DNA of 63,389 bases, counting the filler, from Octopus bimaculoides (taxonomy: Eukaryota), in assembly GCF_001194135.2 (NCBI RefSeq). It is 6 parts of 6 records of this genome, joined end to end, with 100 filler letters (N's around TTAATTAATTAA, not from the genome) between each part and the next. Parts side by side here need not be neighbours in the genome. Positions count along the whole stretch, not along the records: positions 1 to 30,070 come from NC_068990.1; 5 more parts are not named here. One strand, written 5' to 3'. Positions 1 to 13,290 of the stretch are shown here, in pieces; position 1 is the stretch's first letter, and each line of letters begins with the position of its first letter. The notes under the pieces were generated by a model. That model was not told the DNA's origin. It saw nothing but the letters and a program-made list of their open reading frames with translations, and made no database searches. The position numbers were made by a program, and so were the translations under genes.

Positions 1-41
<41 letters not shown>

Positions 42-50
42 CAGATAGAC

Positions 51-88
<38 letters not shown>

Positions 89-421
89 GTTAGTTTGTAT
101 GTATGCATGTATGTATGTATGTATGTATGTGCAGTTTGGTAGGTAATTAAGTATGTGAGAAGGTAGGTACTTAAGTAGGTATTTAAGTAAGTACGTGGGT
201 GGGTATCTACCTAGGAAGACATGTAGATAGGTAAATAGGTAGGTACTTAGGTACATAGGCTGGTGGGTAAGTATGTATGAATGTATGTGTACGTATGTGT
301 ATATGTATGTATGTTTGTAGGTAGGTAGGTAGGTAGGTAGGTAGGTATGTATGTGTGTAGGTAGGTAGGTAGATAGGTAGGTAGGTAGGTAGGTAGGTCG
401 GTCGATAGGTAAGTAGGTAGG
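1..421. repeat. Compound tetranucleotide microsatellite (ATAG)n/(GTAT)n/(GTAG)n
   Basis: Directly visible tandem 4-mers; they explain the spurious PTYL-repeat ORF 247-444. Confidence 0.95.
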
Positions 422-565
422 TACCCTATTGTCACGTATAACATCGTAGAGATCCATGCTTACACACCTACACCACGGAGTGCTGCCTTCAGCATGGATG
501 TTTTAGGCAGAAAACCATGCAGTGATGGTTTATCAAATGAATTCCAAGCATAAGGCTAAACATAC

Positions 566-754
566 ATATTTGCAACTCTTAAAATTTCCTTCTTTTCCTG
601 CTTCTGGTTTGTTATACACTTGTGCACTTGTCTGAATAAAATATTTTACAACATAACTATAGGTAGACATACAGTATTTAACATCGAATCCTTGATACAT
701 TGTAAAAGGATTTTCACAATCCAATAACACATTAGGAACAAATTCGAATAATTT
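566..754 (-). CDS. Putative internal coding exon (63 codons, phase 0-0) of an unidentified gene, possibly the C-terminal part of a TUTase/non-canonical poly(A) polymerase PAP-associated domain
   Basis: Minus strand has acceptor TTTAGTTTCAG, then 189 nt open (KLFEFVPNVLLDCENPFTMYQGFDVKYCMSTYSYVVKYFIQTSAQVYNKPEAGKEGNFKSCKY), then donor GTATGT. The ENPF...YSYVVKYF spacing resembles EDPF...YEYVVERF/FIMKAFIN of TUT4/7; this is a recalled alignment, not a search. Confidence 0.55.
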
Positions 755-3329
755 CTGAAACTAAAGCATGATTGAGTAAATTTTAATGTTACTATCCTCA
801 TTAATGTTGTTTTACAATCGTCATTAACTTTACAGCAATTTCCCGAACATCAAGTGAAGGACCCAATGTCAAATAGTGATAGAAAATAGAACACATGCCG
901 ACAGGATATTGTTATTGTTATAACAGCGGCATTCATTGCAATTGTCGGTAATCAACTACAGCGACTATGACAGCGGAAGGCATTACGATACATTTAAAAT
1001 CAGAAGCATATCGGTGAACTGTTGACGCATATATTAAGTGCAAAGTAGAAATAAGCGTCATTACGTGCTAAATAAATAAACGGTAAATGCTATGTATACT
1101 CAATAATCTCAAATACTGAAGCAATTAATTTCTGATACTGTAAGTTACTTAAGATGAATTATTATTAACGGAAGAGGCTAATAAGATGCCAGACTTACGT
1201 AACTGTTGCATGCAACTCTATCGGCCAAATGATGTCCAAAAGTATAGGCAAGCATACTCACATACACACACAAGATAAAGCACAAAGTTCATATGTCAGT
1301 GTGTGTGCGCGCGCGTATGTGTGCGTGCGTAAGCATTGTGTATGCTGCGTGCGTGTGATGAACTCATATATGTAGTTGCACTTTTCTGTTTATCATTATT
1401 AGTATCGTTGTGGCAATGAACTGGCAGGGTTGTTAGATAATCGGATAGAATAACGTGTGGCATTCAGTGCGATTGAAAATGATTGCAATTCAAATGTAGC
1501 TGATGTACAATTTGCTTTTCAGGGTGTATAGTTAAAGTACTATTCTGGTACTAGGACTGATTCCTTCCTCTGCTATCTCTCTTTTCCTTAGATTTTTACC
1601 TGCATTTTAAAGTTCCACATATATTATATACATGTTGAGTCATCGTAGAATTGCATTAAGGACAAATATTTCTTTGGCATATATTATTCAGTGGGTCACA
1701 TGTTAATTTCATTAGGGATTCGGGCAATCCTTTGGATGCACATGGGAAAATTCATGATCATGATATCAAGTCGATACCTGTCAGAATGTTGAGGCTGCTT
1801 AAGCAAGTCTGAGAATCTGTTACACCTCTTCTATCTGTTACTTTCACAAAATCTCAGAGTTCAACTTCGGCGCTATTCCACTAGTCAAACGTTTCTAAGA
1901 ATGCTTGAAAACGACTGAGAAAAACTATACTCCCAATTCAAGTCGCGGAATAAAGGGCAACAAGACTGAAAGCAATTATTTCAGTCGTCTACACTCTGTG
2001 CCAAGAACCGTTCGAGCTAACAATATCACTCTTCTCAACCCCGCTCACCGAGAATGGAATCATCGAAAACAATACGAGTCCGGTTTTCCGGAAATCCTCG
2101 TACTGTTTGGGTTTATTAGCACATATTGAAATATGTGATCGGTCTGCAAGTGAACTAGATTTTCTACATCAAATTGTCTAGATATGAAATCATTACACAT
2201 GAAATAAACGGATGCTTTTTCTTCAGGTTAACCTTTTTACATTTTAGTCCAAAATTCCTCCTCCTGATATACAACCGAAGCATGCTCTGATTCCAACAGC
2301 AGTTGTTTGTCGACTGCTTCTGTTGTCCAAACATGTCACATGTAGATTGACGTCAAGAAGAGGAATTGTGTGATATTATATCACTCTTGTTAGAATTTTG
2401 TTTTCGATTTATATTTATGTTATATGTTCTACAAAATTTTTCACATTTCAGAGAGCAGTGAATGTGAAGAATATTACTATCAGCTCTTTTGTTTTGCTTT
2501 TTCATGTTGTTGTTGGTGCACTTATTATTCGATTATATTGGCAGAAGTGGGGTGCTTTAAAGCTTCTTGTTTTTGTCATTTTCGACTTCTTTCTGGCCTG
2601 GCTGGGGCTTTTGTTCTTTTGATTGAGGGTTTAGCTGTATATAGTTCATTTTGTTATCGATATTGTTGGTTCACTAGCGGTTAGCGATGGATGTTGATAG
2701 GCATTTTGCAAGCGCTTTCAGTGCCTATCAACATCCATGTTTCTTTTGTAATCCTTGCTTTCTTCTATTCCCGCAACGAAAATTTGTCATTACCCAGTGT
2801 TCCTTTATTCTTTTGACAAGAATTCTAAGGCTTTGTATGAACAGAAAGGTAAAGACTAGTTCATGAATATATTTGCGTGTGTGACTTTGATATTCTGCCT
2901 TGATGTTTTCCTTGATGAAATGAACAACATTGCTCAACCTGCCAATGCTTCTCTTTGGTATTTCGATAAGGATTTAGTGCACGCTACCGTTTTTGCTATT
3001 GTTGATGCATTTTATGCGTCTAATTTTGTTGTTACATTGCTTCATGGATTTGTTTTCGGGTTGATGTAGCGAATCAGATTTGGCAACGGTGCAGTTGCAT
3101 TTTCCTTTTCTCTGTTTTAGACCGAAGGGTTCATGTTACTCGTGGCACCATGCCTTCTACACTCCATCATAACATGCTATTTGCGCCGTTCGAGTGGTGT
3201 ACCATTTAAGTGATCTTGTCCATGATTCTTATATCAGAACCTTCACGATATTACTGGAACAGTACCTTAACACGTTCGAATACTGCTCTCTCATTATCGG
3301 ATAACGTAGAGCAACACATCGACCATATT

Positions 3330-5040
3330 CATCGTCAGCACTCTTCGACCATGAAAGATTGTAAATTTCTGACTCACCAGACAGACGGGAGAAGATAATG
3401 ATCCTGTACATGGGTTTCATTCAATTTTTCCTCCCAGGCTCTTATCCACAGGGATTGTTTCTAGACTTGTGCAATCCGCATTTTCTTTGTGCCCCTGCTA
3501 TCCTGTTCTGTTCGTAGGAGGTGGCACCTCTTTTGGTGTACATTCGCCACAAACTGAAATCTTGCACTTGCTTTTCACGGGTATCCGGTGTGATGTGAAA
3601 GCTTTCAGGTGATGTCTTGAGAAAGTCTTTGAATTGCATTTTCTGTGCACATTGCGCGCGCTATCCTTTCGCCAGTTCACAGTGAAACAGTTTTGTGTGT
3701 GGTCGTGTCAGGCATTCGGACAAGGTGACCTGCCCATCTGACTTGCGCTCTCCTCAACAGGATTTAAATATTTATCAGATCCGCTCGAGATATGATCTGC
3801 GACACTTCGGCTCGCCAGGCGATTTACAACAGCTTTCTCAGGCAGTGGAATCGGTTCTACTTTTTGCATTAGCGTTCATAGAGAGTCCAACTCTCGAAGC
3901 CGTGCATTAGTGTAGGCAGTACAATTGATTGGTACACCTCTAAATTGTTAGCCATCCTAGTGCTTCTCTTCTCTCACATTGATTCATGTAGTCACACAAA
4001 TGCTTCAATTCTCTTGGGTGGGGGTGTCAACTTCATTCGTCAATGTTCACAGATCTGAAAATTGCTCTGCCGAGGTACGTGAACTTATTAATCACGTTGA
4101 GGATTTCTCCTCCGACAGTAATAGCTTGTTTCACATACGGCCTCTGAGGGGCAAGCTGGAATATGACCTCTTCCTTTCGAGTACTGATGTGTGGACGAAG
4201 TTATGTGAACGAAGGCAGTTAAAAACAAGTTCTTGCTTTGCTGCCTCTGATCGGCCGTGGCACTTTTGAGCCATCATCCAGCATGGTCTTGGCCTGTAGC
4301 CTCTGCAGGTTCTACAGTCTGCCATCGGTCTTGAGTCTGATTTTGGTTTCGTCGTCGTTGTTAAAGGCATCCGACACCATGGCTGAGAAAATCATACTCA
4401 ACAGCATAGGTGCGAATTCACGGCCCTGCTTGGCTCCGTTAGAAACTGGTAATTCATTGAGAGACTCTCCGCTGTCCAGCACTCGTGCGAGCATGCCGTC
4501 GTGAAGAATTTGTTTGAGTAGCCAATGCTGATGAATTTATTTGAGAAGACAATATTTCCACTGACGGTGTCAAAGGTCTTGGTTATGTCTACAAACGTCA
4601 CGTATAGGTAACATTTCTGTTTTTTTTTTTCACTGAAAAGAGTGGTCCCATCAAGCACTGAGCAATGATGATGCTCCAGAGAACTGTGTCTCGCAGGTTG
4701 CTTTTGCAGAATCGCAAGAGCGCCTAGAGTTGTTGTGAACGTAATTCTGTATCTCATCCACCTTGTTGCTGAGCCAGTAATCCTTCATCCTTCATCTCTC
4801 GGAGCCTTACCTGCACCTTACTTTTGGTGACGTCGTAAGCTGCTTTCTTGGAAGCCGATGTGCTATCTTGCTGAGACACTCTGTAGGTTTTCTGCTTCTC
4901 CTCGATCAGATTCTGACTTTCCTCCTCGTCGTCGTCGAATAAACACTTGGCGCCTACGTGTATTCTGGCCCAGAGGAGAGGGTGCATTGTTGTACATCAT
5001 GTGTCTGAACACCTCCTAGGCCTCTTGCTCCCTTCGTACC
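3330..5040 (-). mobile_element. 5'-truncated, frameshifted RTE-clade LINE (RT and C-terminal region)
   Basis: Fragments read FDDDEEESQNLIEEK...SKVQVRLREMKD, LYVTFVDITKTFDTVS, LARVLDSGESLNELPVSNGAKQGREFAPMLLSMIFSAM...KTDGRL and KRGATSYEQNRIAGAQRK. All are typical of RTE/BovB-like ORF2. Confidence 0.9.
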
Positions 5041-5527
5041 AGTATATATACTCATATACAAACACTCTCCCACACAGATACAGACACTCATACACATACA
5101 AACAAGCACAGACACAGCCAGACCTGGTTCACTCCTATCACAACAATAATATAACGACGTTAGAAGGAAGAAGGATTTTATTTTTGTAATCCTCATATGT
5201 TTGCGTGGTTTGCGAGTTTTGTTGTACGTATGAGTTTTGTCATATCCTTATGGTGATTTTTGCTTTGTACTCATATTTCATACATAATGCAACTTAGCAA
5301 ATACCACTGTAATAGCTAAGTTGAAGCATTCCGGTTGTTATGCTTTCACATGTGTATGTCTGAATGCGCGCGTTGTATGCCTGAGTGTGTGCATATGTAT
5401 CAAGTGCAGTAAACATATCACATTTATTGGCCATATAACATCAGTTAAAAGCTTTTTATTGAACCTATAATCTCCACATTTGTGGTTTTAATGGATCACC
5501 CAGAAACGTACAGTCATTGTATTGTGT

Positions 5528-5613
<86 letters not shown>

Positions 5614-6639
5614 TGTGAACGCACGCATATATGGTTCTTTATTCACCATCACCATTTGTGACATAGACTGCCATGTTTTTTTTTATTATTGTTGCTTGTT
5701 ATAGGAGATTAATTTATTGGCTATCAAAATATGTTGTTGGACAGTGAGAAATGCATTAGTCTATACATAAAGTTCATAAAGTTTCATAAGCTGAATGTCA
5801 GCAATTTAACTACTGTGAGTCTTAATCTTGCCGTGATTTACAATTGCAGCTTACTGTGAATCGTCGACAAATTCAAATTCTTATACACAGCACGTTCTCT
5901 TCAAACGTAAGAAGACTATCAAAAGAAGTAACATCGATAATGGTAATTTTTATACACTGCGCGTTCTCTTACAGGAGATAGTTCATAGATGCAACGGGCC
6001 CTATGACATCGTCTACATTGTTAGAAATAGCAATGAATTGTTCCTTTAAAAAAAACCTACAGATTACAAGAGGACACGGAATGAAGGAAATAGGGAAGAT
6101 GAACCCAGTGGTATGTTCAAGATTATATTGCAAATCTCATATTGATCTAGACTTATCAAAGCGCACAACAAATCCCTCATGGTTTCTTATTCCCACACAT
6201 AAGAACTTATACAGGCATATTTCGTTAATAGCTGGTAAGGAGAGATGAACGCATTCGTTTATTACTTGAGATGGTTCTTCATATTATTTATTTGTACTGG
6301 TAAGTCGATGGAATGACAAAACCGTCCGATGAAATGCCTTTGCCCTATTACTTCAGGTTCTTTAAGTCATGCATTCAAATAACACTGAGATTAATTTGCA
6401 TTTCATTCCACCAGGGTCCATAAAATAGGTTGCCGGTCACATTCTGAAATTTAAGATAACTTGTAGCGTTGTACAAATATTACAGACTTTTATTCATTAG
6501 CATTGATTTTGTCTGTGTGTGTGCATGTATGTAGGTGTATATGTATATGTGTAAAGGTTTATATATACTTCATCATACATGCATCAATGGTACGCTGTTA
6601 CATTGTGCATATGCCAAGCATTGTGCTTTGCTTGTATCG

Positions 6640-6780
6640 GACGCAAAGAAGAAGAGGAGAAGGAGGGGGAGCAGAAGAAGAAGGAAGCGGAGGGGGAGAA
6701 GAGGAAGAAGGAGGAGGAGGAGGAGGAGAAGAGGAAGAGGGAGGAGGAGGAGGGGAAATGATAATAATAATAATAATAAT
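6640..6780. repeat. (GAA/GGA)n purine-rich low-complexity tract followed by (ATA)n
   Basis: Directly visible; source of the E/G/K-rich ORFs 6503-6946. Confidence 0.9.
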
Positions 6781-7250
6781 AAAATCTGACAGAAAGATAG
6801 ATGCGAATAGGCCAGTCCTTATATTGAAATACTTCAAACAAAAATCATGCCTCCTCATTGATATTGCTGGCCCAATCGATATAAACGTATTAGTCAAGAC
6901 CTACCCAAAACTGAGCAAGTATAAAGATCTTGAAATAGAAATTTAAAAAATGAGCAATCTGATGACTAAAACAATACCTGCTGTCATAGATGCCCTAGGA
7001 ATGATAGCAAAAGGAGCTGATTCCTACCTAGCTCAGATACCAGGAAATTCCAAAATGGCAGAAATTCAAAAGATAGTTCTCATGGGAAATCCCCATATCC
7101 TACGTAAAATGCTGTCTATGAAATCTCAAATTTTAAAACAAATTCATAATTTTCTTATGTTTCCTTAAGCATTCTCTAAAACAATACTATGTTCAAAACC
7201 AAATATATGACACCCTAGGCATAACACCAACATGAGCTTCAAATTTTCAG
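6781..7250 (+). mobile_element. 3' fragment of R4/Dong-like non-LTR retrotransposon (restriction-like PD-(D/E)xK endonuclease)
   Basis: DRKIDANRPVLILKYFKQKSCLLIDIAGPIDINVLVKTYPKLSKYKDLEIEI*...LGMIAKG...IQKIVLMGNPHILRKMLS plus 3' UTR; begins directly after (ATA)n. Confidence 0.88.
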
Positions 7251-7545
7251 AATAGAGTTTGGACTGAAAAGTGTGGCGTTTTAGACTTGAAGATAGGCAA
7301 AATCAAATGTATGGATGGGCTAGCGATATCGTCGGGAGAGGTTATGAAGCAGATAGAAGAGACGGATTGTAAGTACTTGGAGATTTTGGAAATGGATAAA
7401 TTGATGAAGAAATGACAGAAAAATCAAGGTGGAGTACTTGCTCAGACAGAGAATGAAACAAGTAAATGAATAAAAGAATAAAGAATACTGAAATACATAC
7501 ATACATACATACATACATACATACACACACACACANNNNNNNNNN

Positions 7546-7598
<53 letters not shown>

Positions 7599-8159
7599 GT
7601 ATAATATTTTATATGCATATATTCGCAAACGATATATGCGGAAATACATACACTATACTCGAACGTCGTATGATATTTCTTCTTAAGTTATAACATCAGC
7701 ACTTTCACCAACTTGATGACACATCGTCTTTCACTTGTCTATGCGTCTACATTTTTATTTAAATATGTCTACATATTTATTTGAACATTTCAATTTGTTA
7801 GATTTCCTAGCCTGCATCGCATATAATGTAAGACAGACAAGAACGTCTATATCTGTATTAGCAGCCTACCCCGTGACTGATAAGTGGTTGACGACGACAT
7901 TCCTCTCAGAGAAACAGTCAAGCAGTTCGTAAACTTTCAAAAGTGCATACTGTACGTAAATGAGCACGTTTAACTCTGACTGTAGGCGTGTGATAGTCAA
8001 TGTCTTTTATTGAACTGCGCCGTTGAGATGCGGCTGATAAATAAATGTCAGTTAAAAATCCTGTCAGCTTCGATAAAATAAGTACCAAATGAGGACCAAG
8101 AGGCATACCCTACCCCAAAATGTTAGCCTCGTACCAAAATTTGAAACCATTGTTGTCAT

Positions 8160-9485
8160 TCTTCTTCTTCTTCTTCTTCTTCTTCTTCTTCTTCTTCTTC
8201 TTCTTCTTCTTCTTCTTCTTCTTCTTCTTCTTCGAGCGGTTCCAAAGTGTTGTTTTGTGCAAGTGCTCCATCCATATTGCAGCCTCTATTTGTTCCATGT
8301 ACTTTTCAAGATTTTTACTCACTGTTCCCAGGGATCCGACAATTATTGGTACTACTACCACTTTTTTCAGCGACCACAACTTCTTAACCTCCCAAGCTAA
8401 CCTCTCATACCTGTCGACTTTTCTTTCTTCCTTATCGCACACCTTGTTGCCAGCTGGGCATGCTATATCTATGATCCAGCATCGTTTGTTTTCTTTCTGA
8501 ATTAACGCTGTGTCTCGTTTCCTATTCTCTATCTCATGGTCACACTGAATCATAAAATCTCATAGGATCTTTGCATTATCATTTGCGATGATGCCTTCAG
8601 GTTTATGTTCGTGCCGCTTTTTTGCTCTGTCAAGTCCATACTTGTTGCAAAGTCCTTGCTATATTGTCATGACGTCTTTGATATTCTTTCTGGGCTACCG
8701 GTGTACAATGATTGCTAATATGTCATACGGTTTCATCATTTTGTCCNNNNNNNNNNNNNNNNNNNNNNNNNNNNNNNNNNNNNNNNNNNNNNNNNNNNNN
8801 NNNNNNNNNNNNNNNNNNNNNNNNNNNNNNNNNNNNNNNNNNNNNNNNNNNNNNNNNNNNNNNNNNNNNNNNNNNNNNNNNNNNNNNNNNNNNNNNNNNN
8901 NNNNNNNNNNNNNNNNNNNNNNNNNNNNNNNNNNNNNNNNNNNNNNNNNNNNNNNNNNNNNNNNNNNNNNNNNNNNNNNNNCATGCATTGATTTCTTTAT
9001 CCTCCTATTTTCAGTTTCATTTATTCACAAGTGCTTGTACAGTACTTTATCCTTGCAGTTGTCCATCCTACACAAGCCCGACTTTCTTACTTCCAATAAT
9101 AGCGGTTCTGAGGCATATTTTATATACCACTCTATGTTGTTTTCTTCTGTTCTAATGCTGTATTCGCATCCAATCAGTCCTCTTCTTCCTCTTTTTCTTG
9201 GTACATACAGTCTGTATGTTTCACATTTTGCGTGGAGTATCCCATATCTAGTCAGCAACTTCTTTGTCTATATGTATAAGCTGTTTAGTTTGTCTACTGT
9301 CCATGCGATTACCCCTGTTCCATATCTGAGGAGTGGAGCAGCCTAGGTGTTGATAGCTTCCATCTTATTCCGTCCGTTTAATTTCGACTTAAGGATCAGT
9401 CTCAGTCTGCGCAAATACTCCACCTTAAATTTTTCTGTCATTTATTCTCCATTAATTTATGCATTTCCAGTATCCCCATGTAATT
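8160..9485 (-). mobile_element. R4/Dong-superfamily (RLE) LINE fragment of a second family, ending in a (GAA)n tract
   Basis: RT thumb region YGIL...RLYVPRKRGRRGLIG and RLE region CWIIDIACPAGNKVCDKEERKVDRYERLAWEVKKLWSLKKVVVVPIIVGSLG. (CTT)n at 8160-8235 on the plus strand is the 3' tail or target. Interrupted by N gaps. Confidence 0.88.
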
Positions 9486-11124
9486 NNNNNNNNNNNNNNN
9501 NNNNNNNNNNNNNNNNNNNNNNNNNNNNNNNNNNNNNNNNNNNNNNNNNNNNNNNNNNNNNNNNNNNNNNNNNNNNNNNNNNNNNNNNNNNNNNNNNNNN
9601 NNNNNNNNNNNNNNNNNNNNNNNNNNNNNNNNNNNNNNNNNNNNNNNNNNNNNNNNNNNNNNNNNNNNNNNNNNNNNNNNNNNNNNNNNNNNNNNNNNNN
9701 NNNNNNNNNNNNNNNNNNNNNNNNNNNNNNNNNNNNNNNNNNNNNNNNNNNNNNNNNNNNNNNNNNNNNNNNNNNNNNNNNNNNNNNNNNNNNNNNNNNN
9801 NNNNNNNNNNNNNNNNNNNNNNNNNNNNNNNNNNNNNNNNNNNNNNNNNNNNNNNNNNNNNNNNNNNNNNNNNNNNNNNNNNNNNNNNNNNNNNNNNNNN
9901 NNNNNNNNNNNNNNNNNNNNNNNNNNNNNNNNNNNNNNNNNNNNNNNNNNNNNNNNNNNNNNNNNNNNNNNNNNNNNNNNNNNNNNNNNNNNNNNNNNNN
10001 NNNNNNNNNNNNNNNNNNNNNNNNNNNNNNNNNNNNNNNNNNNNNNNNNNNNNNNNNNNNNNNNNNNNNNNNNNNNNNNNNNNNNNNNNNNNNNNNNNNN
10101 NNNNNNNNNNNNNNNNNNNNNNNNNNNNNNNNNNNNNNNNNNNNNNNNNNNNNNNNNNNNNNNNNNNNNNNNNNNNNNNNNNNNNNNNNTATATATCTGT
10201 CTGTCTGTCAGTCCGTCTCTTTCTACTCTGAAATGTAAGCGTAACTCAACGGTCCACTCTAGCAGCTTAATGTTGCCAAAATATATCAAAATTCAAATCG
10301 CTAAGCTCGGCTAATGACAAATCACGCCCTTTTGACGTGCAGTTCAGCAAATAGCGATTGAAACAAGAAGTACCAGATTGGAGTAATTCGTGAGGTCGAT
10401 ATTATTGACGAATACTTTCGAAAATAATCACACCGAATGAGTGAATCTTTATAAAACCTTTCTAAATTTGGATGCTATTTATCCGAAGAGTCTCCATCGT
10501 TTCTAACATGGCCGTTCATTTCGGAGCATACTTCTGTACACTAAGGCACGAATAAAGTAGTAGAATCTCACAGGGAACAATATCAATATATATAGAGAGA
10601 ACTCGATACCTTATATATTCTTCACAACATTGGTTCTTGTCTCTCAACCACACATCTCTTTATAAAGCAAGATTACAAACGTTCACACTCAATCTTATCC
10701 AATCTTCGTCTCGAAACCGACAATCTGCCAAGTTCTCTTTTACTCTCGAAACAGTTATCTCTCTCCAATGACGTCACTTAAACATGTGTAACTACTATAG
10801 CACTGCTAATTCCTCTCACTCTTCAATTTCCCCACGATGTTCTGCACTAGAAATCAAATTAAATCTACTCACACCATGAAAGACATCGGCCAAATCATTG
10901 CACTCTCTTCCATCATATACACCAGATACATCTGATGCTTCTGTGGTTTATTTCAATCTGCGGTTGGTATGCTCTACTGGTGATTACATGAATTAGTAGT
11001 CAGTTTTACGATTTCACCTTCCTATACATATGTAGCATGTAAAATTACCGGAAGCGGTATTCTGAGCACTCTATTCTTAGCACTTTGTTTTTCTCATTTA
11101 TTTTATATTTTGCCTTTTAACTTT

Positions 11125-11470
11125 TTCGGTCATGCTGGACACTATCTTGAGCGTTGGATCGAATGAATCAACTCTGGTACCTTTTTTTAGCGTGTGGTAT
11201 TTACACTATCGATCAGTGTTTGCAGAGTCGCTAAGTTATGAGGACGTTAACAATTCTACACCGGTTGTCAATTGGTGGTGGAGAACAAGGAGCAAATGTA
11301 CATACATTTATATATATACACGACGGACTTTTTTCCAGACCCTGTCACAAGGCTTTGTTTGGCCGGGGCTACAGTGCAAGACTATTGCCCAAAGCGCCAC
11401 GAAGTGGAACTGGATCCAGAATCTTGTTGTTTGGAAGCTAGATTCTTACCACACTACCACGCCAGCAACT
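11125..11470 (-). mobile_element. Old, diverged copy of tRNA-derived SINE family A
   Basis: Colinear degenerate match to the copy at 33845-34227 (catgctgga..., gctaagttatgaggacgt, cacaaggctttg, cttaccacac). Confidence 0.75.
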
Positions 11471-12961
11471 TCATAAACTCTTTGATTTAATCTTGTGATA
11501 TTTTGCGATAATTTGTTAGCTATTTCAACTTTGTACAGCTCAAATACTTGAAATATGCAGGAGAAAGTAAGCAGGAAAGTTCCAGTATTTATTCTACTTT
11601 ACAGTAAAATCCTTAATGTCACCATTCTTGTCATTTCCCCTGAAAACTAGTTCATTTTATGTGGCTATTAATGAGTCTCAATTTTCTATTGAATTTAACA
11701 GCTACAGACATTTATTTGGTGAAGTTAATAATATTTTTCCTGCATGAGAACGGATAATTGATTTAGTTTTCTACTGAAAATTCTGTTTGACATTTTTAAG
11801 AGTGAGAGTAGTCACCCAGATTACTTAAGAAAATATTAGGTTACGCATCAATTTTCATCGTACAGTAAGTCATTACGAGGGAAATTACTACATCCTAAAA
11901 TCTTGGTCCATTAGACTTTAAGTATTATGCATGTTAGCTATGGCCAACCACAAAACCTTTTGTAGTAGAATGTATGCTCAATCGATTAGCCAGATATATT
12001 CATAATTTTGATGCGGCTAACTTCAGTAATAATCCAAACTGTAATCTTCCAACATCACTTTTAGGTTTGAATTGTCGATAACTGAAATTAAATTGGAATC
12101 TTACACTGTTTCGATGAACGTTCACTCTAACTTATAGGAGAACATTTTTTTAAAATTATTAATTTCTTTTCAAAACAAATCATACCACTGAGCTAACCGT
12201 TTTGTTCTTATACAGAGCGTGGTTCTTGATATATTTCTTTGGTCTTATCACAAATTTCAGTTTTTATTTATTATATACAAATTTATACAAATATACACAC
12301 AATCACATATACACACTTACATATATATATATAATACATACATGCATGCATACATACACATACATATGTTTAAACCCCCTATTGCCTAAAAACCGACACA
12401 TAATAAACACACCCAATTAGAATGGTTTACATATTTGAGTGAACTCTTAGATTGAATCTTCACATTTGAAAAACAAAAAGTTAAACACCCTATTGATATC
12501 CAACTGAAATAAATAGCAATTAAATTGAGTGATTCATCTGCTGACTTCAGCCGAACTAAATTCTTCTGTGAACCCTTATGACCTCATGATAACGCAGACA
12601 AATTTGCATTCCTGATTAGAGAGTTCTACACGCATGAATATGAATTAGATCTAAATAAAACACAACCGCAAGCTTAATCTCTAAAACGTCTCCGTAACGT
12701 CTTCCCATCACGACCTACCATACAACCTAATTATAATTTAACAGAAATCCACCTATCTAGAAAATATTAAATTAACCGATACTGTTATAAAACCACAATG
12801 AAGTTAAATTTACCGCGGTCCTATTATAGATTATATGACCGAAACTTCGAAATAACTGTCAAAACTATTGTTGTAAAAGAAAAATGAATTTTTAGTCTGC
12901 AAACTTTATTGAGTAATCTTTCAATTTAATGAAACTTTCTTTTTATTATTACATAAAAACT

Positions 12962-13290
12962 TAGGTGTTCTCTTTTTCACTGATCTTCAGTTTTATGTTA
13001 ACATCCGGTGGGCAGCTAATTTCCACCACTGGGCACAGTTTTTCTTCTCTATCCCAAATCATTATATCAAACCTGTTGTGCTTACATTTTATTGAGGTCT
13101 TCACTGGCACATTCCACCAGTATTTCTTTTCATTATGAGTGGCTATGGCTTCTACCATATTGTGGGTTTTTATTTCTTTGTTCTCGGGATTATCCTTCCG
13201 ACAGATTCTCCTTCCGACAGATTCTCCTTCCGATAAGGGTGTAATGCAGGGACAATAACATCTTCGAATTTCTTCCAACCCCAGATCATA
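12962..13290 (-). mobile_element. RLE-type (R2 superfamily) LINE C-terminal fragment, third family
   Basis: KKYWWNVPVKTSIKCKHNRFDIMIWDREEKLCPVVEISCPPDVNIKLKISEKEN is an RLE endonuclease pattern; a related copy lies at 52960-53262. Confidence 0.8.

Noticed and set aside
1981-2340. Stop-free frames of about 65 codons on both strands (for example ...IIENNTSPVF, WTTEAVDKQLLLESEH)
   Set aside because: No coherent splice boundaries or convincing family motif; only a faint cadherin or C2-like echo.
2400-3320. A-rich minus-strand stretch with short ORFs next to the RTE
   Set aside because: Looks like decayed retroelement or unique DNA; no diagnostic motif could be read, so it is left uncalled.
8588-10289. 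Long X-containing ORFs (also 28299-29069, 37570-38135, 42938-44174)
   Set aside because: Open only because N runs contain no stop codons.
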